Shown piece after piece: positions 1-9,175 of a stretch of 64,000 nucleotides of DNA (positions within the stretch are counted from its first letter, which is position 1; each line of letters starts with the position of its first letter). The stretch comes from Carpediemonas membranifera BICM (lineage: Eukaryota > Protista > Fornicata): contig JAHDYR010000030.1 of the NCBI GenBank assembly GCA_019828565.1, positions 1-64,000 on the forward strand, read 5' to 3'. A model generated the notes under the pieces. The model was given only the letters and a program-made list of their open reading frames with translations. It had not been told where the DNA came from and searched no databases. The position numbers and the translations under genes were made by a program.

Positions 1-89
1 GACATTGTTAGGGTGAGATTAAACCCTGATTGCCAGCACCTTTATCGACGTGACGACGACGACGACGACGACGACGGACGACGACGACG

Positions 90-546
90 ACCTTTTACCC
101 ATCTTTATCTTAACATCTTTTACCCATCTTTACTCCATCTTTACCTTTTACCTTACCTTACCTTACCTTCTTACCTTACCTTACCTTACCTTACCCATCT
201 TTTACCTTTACCTTTTACCTTACCTTTACCTTTACCCTACCTTTACCTTTTACCCTTTTTACCTTTACTCCATCTTTACCTTACCTTTACCTTACCTTAC
301 CTTACCTTACCTTACCTTACCTTACCTTACCTTACCTTACCTTACCTTACCTTACCTTACCTTACCTTACCTTACCTTACCTTACCTTACCTTACCTTAC
401 CTTACCTTACCTTACCTTACCTTACCTTACCTTACCTTACCTTACCTTACCTTACCTTACCTTACCTTACCTTACCTTTTACCTTTACCTTTACCTTTTA
501 CCTTTTACCTTTACTCCATCTTTTACCTTTTACCTTTTTACCTTAC
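90..546 (+). repeat. Telomeric repeat tract (CCTTA)n, G-strand (TAAGG)n
   Basis: Perfect CCTTA array at about 287-477 with degenerate CCTTTA/CCTTTTA flanks, at the window start with the C-rich strand 5'. The same unit recurs at internal junctions. Confidence 0.9.
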
Positions 547-594
547 AGGTTTGGACCCTCCCAGGGATATTGGTAGATATTAATACTGACTACA
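547..594 (-). mobile_element. Telomere-capped remnant (48 of 84 bp) of the LTR of Gypsy family 1
   Basis: Identical to the right-hand 48 bp of the LTRs at 21529-21612 and 27480-27563, and followed by the same CCAG and 421-bp repeat flank as at 27564. Confidence 0.92.
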
Positions 595-3500
595 CCAGCC
601 CTCCAATGTCACGTATTGACGAGGTCGTCAAAGCATATCTTTACGCAATCTTTTGACCTCAAGTCGTGGACTGCCCGGGGGTAGTTCGGGGCGCTGAACA
701 CGCTGGTGAAGTCCCCTATGCTCCATCTCCGCCCCATCACCGCCAAATTCCGAGGATCGAATTCCGCGACTCAAATCCAGAGTTGCAGACCTCAGCGTTC
801 ACAACCACCCCCGGCTAGACACGTTCTAGGCCCCATAGAGCACATTTCACTCTTCACCTCGCTGAAACCATGGTCAAGTTGATCCAGCCACGTCGCTCAG
901 CTTCAATCACGCAAGGCGAGCGGACAACGAGTAGACCACACCCAGATGGAGGCTGAATCGCGACATGTGCGCTCTACAGCTGTCTATAAGCCCGCACGCA
1001 TGGGTGCGAAGTCCCAGCCCTCCAATGTCACGTATTGATGAGGTCGTCAAAGCATATCTTTACTCAATCTTTTTGACCTCAAGTCGTGGACTGCCCGGGG
1101 TAGTTCGGGGCGCTGAACACGCTGGTGAAGTCCCCTATGCTCCATCTCCGCCCCATCACCGCCAAATTCCGAGGATCGAATTCCGCGACTCAAACCCAGA
1201 GTTGCAGACCTCAGCGTTCACAACCACCCCCGGCTAGACACGTTCTAGGCCCCATAGAGCACATTTCACTCTTCACCCTCGCTGAAACCATGGTCAAGTT
1301 GATCCAGCCACGTCGCTCAGCTTCAATCACGCAAGGCGAGCGGACAACGAGTAGACCACACCCAGATGAAGGCTGAATCGCGACATGTGCGCTCTACAGC
1401 TGTCTATAAGCCCGCACGCATACATGGGTGCGAAGTCCCAGCCCTCAAATGTCACGTATTGACGAGGTCGTAAAAGCATATCTTTACTCAATCTTTTGAC
1501 CTCAAGTCGTGGACTGCCCGGGGTAGTTCGGGGCGCTGAACACGCTGGTGAAGTCCCCTATGCTCCATCTCCGCCCCATCACCGCCAAATTCCGAGGATC
1601 GAATTCCGCGACTCAAATCCAGAGTTGCAGACCTCAGCGTTCACAACCACCCCCGGCTAGACACGTTCTAGGCCCCATAGAGCACATTTCACTCTTCACC
1701 TCGCTGAAACCATGGTCAAGTTGATCCAGCCACGTCGCTCAGCTTCAATCACGCAAGGCGAGCGGACAACGAGTAGACCACACCCAGATGAAGGCTGAAT
1801 CGCGACATGTGCGCTCTACAGCTGTCTATAAGCCCGCACGCATACATGGGTGCGAAGTCCCAGCCCTCAAATGTCACGTATTGACGAGGTCGTAAAAGCA
1901 TATCTTTACTCAATCTTTTGACCTCAAGTCGTGGACTGCCCGGGGTAGTTCGGGGCGCTGAACACGCTGGTGAAGTCCCCTATGCTCCATCTCCGCCCCA
2001 TCACCGCCAAATTCCGAGGATCGAATTCCGCGACTCAAATCCAGAGTTGCAGACCTCAGCGTTCACAACCACCCCCGGCTAGACACGTTCTAGGCCCCAT
2101 AGAGCACATTTCACTCTTCACCTCGCTGAAACCATGGTCAAGTTGATCCAGCCACGTCGCTCAGCTTCAATCACGCAAGGCGAGCGGACAACGAGTAGAC
2201 CACACCCAGATGGAGGCTGAATCGCGACATGTGCGCTCTACAGCTGTCTATAAGCCCGCACGCATACATGGGTGCGAAGTCCCAGCCCTCCAATGTCACG
2301 TATTGATGAGGTCGTCAAAGCATATCTTTACTCAATCTTTTTGACCTCAAGTCGTGGACTGCCCGGGGGTAGTTCGGGGCGCTGAACACGCTGGTGAAGT
2401 CCCCTATGCTCCATCTCCGCCCCATCACCGCCAAATTCCGAGGATCGAATTCCGCGACTCAAATCCAGAGTTGCAGACCTCAGCGTTCACAACCACCCCC
2501 GGCTAGACACGTTCTAGGCCCCATAGAGCACATTTCACTCTTCACCTCGCTGAAACCATGGTCAAGTTGATCCAGCCACGTCGCTCAGCTTCAATCACGC
2601 AAGGCGAGCGGACAACGAGTAGACCACACCCAGATGGAGGCTGAATCGCGACATGTGCGCTCTACAGCTGTCTATAAGCCCGCACGCATGGGTGCGAAGT
2701 CCCAGCCCTCCAATGTCACGTATTGATGAGGTCGTCAAAGCATATCTTTACTCAATCTTTTGACCTCAAGTCGTGGACTGCCCGGGGGTAGTTCGGGGCG
2801 CTGAACACGCTGGTGAAGTCCCCTATGCTCCATCTCCGCCCCATCACCGCCAAATTCCGAGGATCGAATTCCGCGACTCAAACCCAGAGTTGCAGACCTC
2901 AGCGTTCACAACCACCCCCGGCTAGACACGTTCTAGGCCCCATAGAGCACATTTCACTCTTCACCTCGCTGAAACCATGGTCAAGTTGATCCAGCCACGT
3001 CGCTCAGCTTCAATCACGCAAGGCGAGCGGACAACGAGTAGACCACACCCAGATGAAGGCTGAATCGCGACATGTGCGCTCTACAGCTGTCTATAAGCCC
3101 GCACGCATACATGGGTGCGAAGTCCCAGCCCCTCAAATGTCACGTATTGACGAGGTCGTAAAAGCATATCTTTACTCAATCTTTTGACCTCAAGTCGTGG
3201 ACTGCCCGGGGTAGTTCGGGGCGCTGAACACGCTGGTGAAGTCCCCTATGCTCCATCTCCGCCCCATCACCGCCAAATTCCGAGGATCGAATTCCGCGAC
3301 TCAAATCCAGAGTTGCAGACCCTCAGCGTTCACAACCACCCCCGGCTAGACACGTTCTAGGCCCCATAGAGCACATTTCACTCTTCACCTCGCTGAAACC
3401 ATGGTCAAGTTGATCCAGCCACGTCGCTCAGCTTCAATCACGCAAGGCGAGCGGACAACGAGTAGACCACACCCAGATGGAGGCTGAATCGCGACATGTG

Positions 3501-5806
3501 CGCTCTACAGCTGTCTATAAGCCCGCACGCATACATGGGTGCGAAGTCCCAGCCCTCCAATGTCACGTATTGATGAGGTCGTCAAAGCATATCTTTACTC
3601 AATCTTTTGACCTCAAGTCGTGGACTGCCCGGGGGTAGTTCGGGGCGCTGAACACGCTGGTGAAGTCCCCTATGCTCCATCTCCGCCCCATCACCGCCAA
3701 ATTCCGAGGATCGAATTCCGCGACTCAAATCCAGAGTTGCAGACCTCAGCGTTCACAACCACCCCCCGGCTAGACACGTTCTAGGCCCCATAGAGCACAT
3801 TTCACTCTTCACCTCGCTGAAACCATGGTCAAGTTGATCCAGCCACGTCGCTCAGCTTCAATCACGCAAGGCGAGCGGACAACGAGTAGACCACACCCAG
3901 ATGGAGGCTGAATCGCGACATGTGCGCTCTACAGCTGTCTATAGGCCCGCACGCATACATGGGTGCGAAGTCCCAGCCCTCCAATGTCACGTATTGACGA
4001 GGTCGTCAAAGCATATCTTTACGCAATCTTTTGACCTCAAGTCGTGGACTGCCCGGGGTAGTTCGGGGCGCTGAACACGCTGGTGAAGTCCCCTATGCTC
4101 CATCTCCGCCCCATCACCGCCAAATTCCGAGGATCGAATTCCGCGACTCAAACCCAGAGTTGCAGACCTCAGCGTTCACAACCACCCCCGGCTAGACACG
4201 TTCTAGGCCCCATAGAGCACATTTCACTCTTCACCTCGCTGAAACCATGGTCAAGTTGATCCAGCCACGTCGCTCAGCTTCAATCACGCAAGGCGAGCGG
4301 ACAACGAGTAGACCACACCCAGATGGAGGCTGAATCGCGACATGTGCGCTCTACAGCTGTCTATAAGCCCGCACGCATACATGGGTGCGAAGTCCCAGCC
4401 CTCCAATGTCACGTATTGATGAGGTCGTCAAAGCATATCTTTACTCAATCTTTTGACCTCAAGTCGTGGACTGCCCGGGGGTAGTTCGGGGCGCTGAACA
4501 CGCTGGTGAAGTCCCCTATGCTCCATCTCCGCCCCATCACCGCCAAATTCCGAGGATCGAATTCCGCGACTCAAATCCAGAGTTGCAGACCTCAGCGTTC
4601 ACAACCACCCCCGGCTAGACACGTTCTAGGCCCCATAGAGCACATTTCACTCTTCACCTCGCTGAAACCATGGTCAAGTTGATCCAGCCACGTCGCTCAG
4701 CTTCAATCACGCAAGGCGAGCGGACAACGAGTAGACCACACCCAGATGGAGGCTGAATCGCGACATGTGCGCTCTACAGCTGTCTATAGGCCCGCACGCA
4801 TACATGGGTGCGAAGTCCCAGCCCTCCAATGTCACGTATTGACGAGGTCGTCAAAGCATATCTTTACGCAATCTTTTGACCTCAAGTCGTGGACTGCCCG
4901 GGGTAGTTCGGGGCGCTGAACACGCTGGTGAAGTCCCCTATGCTCCATCTCCGCCCCATCACCGCCAAATTCCGAGGATCGAATTCCGCGACTCAAATCC
5001 AGAGTTGCAGACCTCAGCGTTCACAACCACCCCCGGCTAGACACGTTCTAGGCCCCATAGAGCACATTTCACTCTTCACCTCGCTGAAACCATGGTCAAG
5101 TTGATCCAGCCACGTCGCTCAGCTTCAATCACGCAAGGCGAGCGGACAACGAGTAGACCACACCCAGATGGAGGCTGAATCGCGACATGTGCGCTCTACA
5201 GCTGTCTATAGGCCCGCACGCATACATGGGTGCGAAGTCCCAGCCCTCCAATGTCACGTATTGACGAGGTCGTCAAAGCATATCTTTACGCAATCTTTTT
5301 GACCTCAAGTCGTGGACTGCCCGGGGTAGTTCGGGGCGCTGAACACGCTGGTGAAGTCCCCTATGCTCCATCTCCGCCCCATCACCGCCAAATCCCGGGG
5401 ATCGAATTCCGCGACTCAAACCCAGAGTTGCAGACCTCAGCGTTCACAACCACCCCCGGCTAGACACGTTCTAGGCCCCATAGAGCACATTTCACTCTTC
5501 ACCTCGCTGAAACCATGGTCAAGTTGATCCAGTCACGTCGCTCAGCTTCAATCACGCAAGGCGAGCGGACAACGAGTAGACCACACCCAGATGAAGGCTG
5601 AATCGCGACATGTGCGCTCTACAGCTGTCTATAGGCCCGCACGCATACATGGGTGCGAAGTCCCAGCCCTCCAAATGTCACGTATTGACGAGGTCGTCAA
5701 AGCATATCTTTACTCAATCTTTTGACCTCAAGTCGTGGACTGCCCGGGGTAGTTCGGGGCGCTGAACACGCTGGTGAAGTCCCCTATGCTCCATCTCCGC
5801 CCCATC
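595..5806 (+). repeat. ~421-bp tandem repeat array (~12.4 copies), 5' part of subfamily A units
   Basis: Near-identical copies with a period of about 418-423 bp. Shorter arrays of the same monomer at about 14026-16052, 17941-19522, 21399-21528 plus 27564-28131, 33117-33429, 35302-35635, 37510-38670 and 40540-41275. Confidence 0.97.
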
Positions 5807-5879
5807 TCCGCCTGGCCAGATCATGATGCGTCAATTGTCACATATCTGGAAGTCAAGTCTGTTGTAACGCGTCAGGTTT

Positions 5880-5960
5880 GAGCCATGGTGTAGATGGTAT
5901 AGCAGATGTTGGTGAATACAAGAGGTGGTAGGTTCGAATCCCTCCTGGCACATCCTTTTT
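5880..5960 (+). pseudogene. tRNA-like / Pol III type-2 promoter module (degenerate cloverleaf)
   Basis: A-box-like TGGTGTAGATGG, B-box GGTTCGAATCCC, partial acceptor pairing GCCA/TGGC and a downstream T-run. Stems are imperfect and no anticodon can be called. Copies start near 16126, 19596, 28205, 33503, 35709, 38744 and 41349, with a partial copy at 12279. Confidence 0.6.
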
Positions 5961-7683
5961 GGACCTCGGCCATATCTCAGTCAATATTGGTCGTCATGCC
6001 TTGCAACTGCCCAGATTAGCTTGACTAGCCCTAAAGAACACATGGCAGTCAGATTTATTCAAGTTGTTTGGACATGACGAACGCTAAGCCGTTCAGGACT
6101 GAGCCACTGGCGCCGAGCGCAAACAGCGCATCCACGACCGCCCAATAGCGGTCCGGGTTCTTGGACAGCACCTTGGCGCGCTGGAGTGCCTTGTGCATGA
6201 CCTGGGACGGTACAGCAGCCGCAGCGCCCCCCTGCACCCCACCAACGCATAGCCATGAGATGTCCACCCCAGGCCAAGCCAGTGCCCGCCCCTCAGCCCG
6301 CGTCTCCTATTGTGCACGACATCGAGAGCATATCGATCAGCTCGCCCTCTGCCTCGCCGTCCTCGCAAGGATACGTGCCCCCAAAGCGTTTGCGGACTAC
6401 ACCACCGCGCCGTATCCTCCCCAAGCGCTCGACTAGGGCCGCACCATCTCCCCTGAGAGAGTCAGCCCCCGCACCTGCCCGCAAGCTCGGCCGCCCTCGC
6501 TCTACCAAGTTCATCATCTACTCGGACAGCGAGGACGACGACGAACATCCCAAGAAGCCGAAGGGGTGCATCACACCGAAGAAGGAAGGACGGACTTGCT
6601 TCAATCGTAAGAACTATTAGTATCGAAGTGGCAGTGGCCACATGTAAATGATTAACGAACGTAGAATGGGTAGGCGGGGCTACGGTCGGCTGCGCCTCCC
6701 TCTGCCCCCCCTGCACCCCCCGGATTGAGACGGGGCTCCGTTCCTCCGGCTTCGTTGGCTTGCTCTGCTCGGGCGCTCGTCGCGTTGCTCCTCCCGCCCT
6801 CCGCTACGCTACGCCTCTCTACGCCTCCGTCACTCTCTCTGCCCCCCTGCGACCCCCCCGCGGACTCCGCCCATGGCCTGTAACTACGTCAGATCACCCC
6901 ACAAATTTTTGAATCTCGGGCTGTGATTTACATATGAAAAATATAAATACCCCCATCCTCCTCAGAGCATGTAATTATGTATTGTAGTGCGCACCCGTGT
7001 TCTCTTCCATTCCATACGCGTCACTCTAGACGTATTCACTCACCATGGACACAAAAAGGCTCTATAAAAATTTGTTGAGGGCCTAAATCAAAAATCGGGG
7101 AAAATAACGTTCCTACACGTACGCAACATGATACAGCAGTATACTCTGTTTAGCTCCAGCATCAATCCTTGAGGCCAGTAAAACCGGTCTTTGAACGCGG
7201 TTCGCCAGATTCGGATGGATATCGTGACTCAATCACACTGCGAGAGACTTTCAAAAATTCCAAATCCAGCAGCCCGGAAGCCTCAGGCCTCGTGCTGTAC
7301 TGCACAAGAAGTTAGCGATCGCGACTTTTGTCCTATAACTATTTATGCATAATTCAATGTAAAGACGACGGAGTTGAATAGAGCTTAGGGCGGCGCCTCC
7401 GAGCTGACACGCACAGCTATCCAGAGAAGCAATCCGCAGCCCTGAACGCCGTCTGTAAGCATGTGCTCTGACCTCAAAGTCCAATTTTGAGGTCCCGTTT
7501 TTGAGCGGGAAAATTTAGTATAAAATATTTGCGTTGTCCCAGATTTCAATGCATGTTCGAAGGACCCCTGGGGTAGGCTACACGCTGCATGTGTCGCCTT
7601 CCCTGGCAGGGGCCCAGGGGTCCCGTACCGGGACCCCCCAAAATCCGCAATACCTTACCATAACTTACCTTACCTTACCTTAC

Positions 7684-7711
7684 AAATCCGCAATACCTTA
7701 CCATAACTTAC
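7684..7711 (+). mobile_element. 28-nt stub consisting only of the unit's 3' tail
   Basis: AAATCCGCAATACCTTACCATAACTTAC between (CTTAC)3 at 7669-7683 and the next unit. Confidence 0.85.
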
Positions 7712-9160
7712 CCCCTGCACCCCACCAACGCATAGCCATGAGATGTCCACCCCAGGCCAAGCCAGTGCCCGCCCCTCAGCCCGCGTCTCCTATTGTGCAC
7801 GACATCGAGAGCATATCGATCAGCTCGCCCTCTGCCTCGCCGTCCTCGCAAGGATACGTGCCCCCAAAGCGTTTGCGGACTACACCACCGCGCCGTATCC
7901 TCCCCAAGCGCTCGACTAGGGCCGCACCATCTCCCCTGAGAGAGTCAGCCCCCGCACCTGCCCGCAAGCTCGGCCGCCCTCGCTCTACCAAGTTCATCAT
8001 CTACTCGGACAGCGAGGACGACGACGAACATCCCAAGAAGCCGAAGGGGTGCATCACACCGAAGAAGGAAGGACGGACTTGCTTCAATCGTAAGAACTAT
8101 TAGTATCGAAGTGGCAGTGGCCACATGTAAATGATTAACGAACGTAGAATGGGTAGAGCGGGCTACGGTCGGCTGCGCCTCCCTCTGCCCCCCTGCACCC
8201 CCCGGACTGAGACGGGGGTCTGCCTCGTTCCCTCCGGCTTCGTTCGGCTTCGCTCTGCTCCGGGCGCTCGTCGCGTTGCTCCTCCCGCCCTCCGCTACGC
8301 TACGCCTCTCTACGCCTCCGTCACTCTCTCTGCCCCCCTGCGACCCCCCCGCGGACTCCGCCCATGGCCTGTAACTACGTCAGATCACCCCACAAATTTT
8401 TTGAATCTCGGGCTGTGATTTACATATGAAAAAATAAATACCCCCATCCTCCTCAGAGCATGTAATTATGTATTGTAGTGCGCACCCGTGTTCTCTTCCA
8501 TTCCATACGCGTCACTCTAGACGTATTCACTCACCATGGACACAAAAAGGCTCTATAAAAAATTTGTTGAGGGCCTAAATCAAAAATCGGGGAAAATAAC
8601 GTTCCTACACGTACGCAACATGATACAGCAGTATACTCTGTTTAGCTCCAGCATCAATCCTTGAGGCCAGTAAAACCGGTCTTTGAACGCGGTTCGCCAG
8701 ATTCGGATGGATATCGTGACTCAATCACACTGCGAGAGACTTTCAAAAATTCCAAATCCAGCAGCCCGGAAGCCTCAGGCCTCGTGCTGTACTGCACAAG
8801 AAGTTAGCGATCGCGACTTTTGTCCTATAACTATTTATGCATAATTCAATGTAAAGACGACGGAGTTGAATAGAGCTTAGGGCGGCGCCTCCGAGCTGAC
8901 ACGCACAGCTATCCAGAGAAGCAATCCGCAGCCCTGAACGCCGTCTGTAAGCATGTGCTCTGACCTCAAAGTCCAATTTTGAGGTCCCGTTTTTGAGCGG
9001 GAAAATTTAGTATAAAATATTTGCGTTGTCCCAGATTTCAATGCATGTTCGAAGGACCCCTGGGGTAGGCTACACGCTGCATGTGTCGCCTTTCCCTGGT
9101 AGGGCTCCAGGGTCCCGTACCGGGACCCCCCAAAATCCGCAATACCTTACCATAACTTAC
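7712..9160 (+). mobile_element. Telomeric array unit 2 (shared 3' region only, 5'-truncated)
   Basis: Starts at CCCCTGCACCCC, ends in the conserved tail, followed by (CTTAC)3. Confidence 0.8.
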
Positions 9161-9175
9161 CTTACCTTACCTTAC

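Larger units (their letters stand above)
547..7668 (+). mobile_element. Telomeric array unit 1 (subfamily A, most distal)
   Basis: 421-bp array, then the A-specific segment (~5807-6218), then the shared ~1.45-kb 3' region ending in AATACCTTACCATAACTTAC. Confidence 0.8.

Noticed and set aside
1-90. Non-telomeric sequence and (GAC)n distal to the telomere
   Set aside because: Probably low-quality contig-end or adapter-derived sequence and cannot be interpreted.
13-583. ORFs with LTLPY repeats
   Set aside because: Translations of the CCTTA telomere tract.
595-5806. CRISPR array or coding repeat
   Set aside because: No unique spacers, eukaryotic context, and the short ORFs appear and vanish with homopolymer indels.
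6255-6620. Standalone 121-aa gene repeated in each A unit
   Set aside because: It is the C-terminal remnant of the subfamily B ORF.
7251-7484. Recurrent 77-aa minus-strand ORF (MDFEVRAH...)
   Set aside because: Starts at TTG, has no recognisable motif, and recurs only because the DNA is repeated.
6650-7668. Hammerhead ribozyme as in Penelope/Terminon 3' ends
   Set aside because: I could not find a CTGANGA...GAAA core with matching stems by eye on either strand. A covariance-model search is still needed.
7562-7668. Calling the unit the telomerase RNA gene itself
   Set aside because: The telomeric match is interrupted by ATAA, lies at the extreme 3' end and is attached to kilobases of variable cargo. 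Kept only as a mimic hypothesis.
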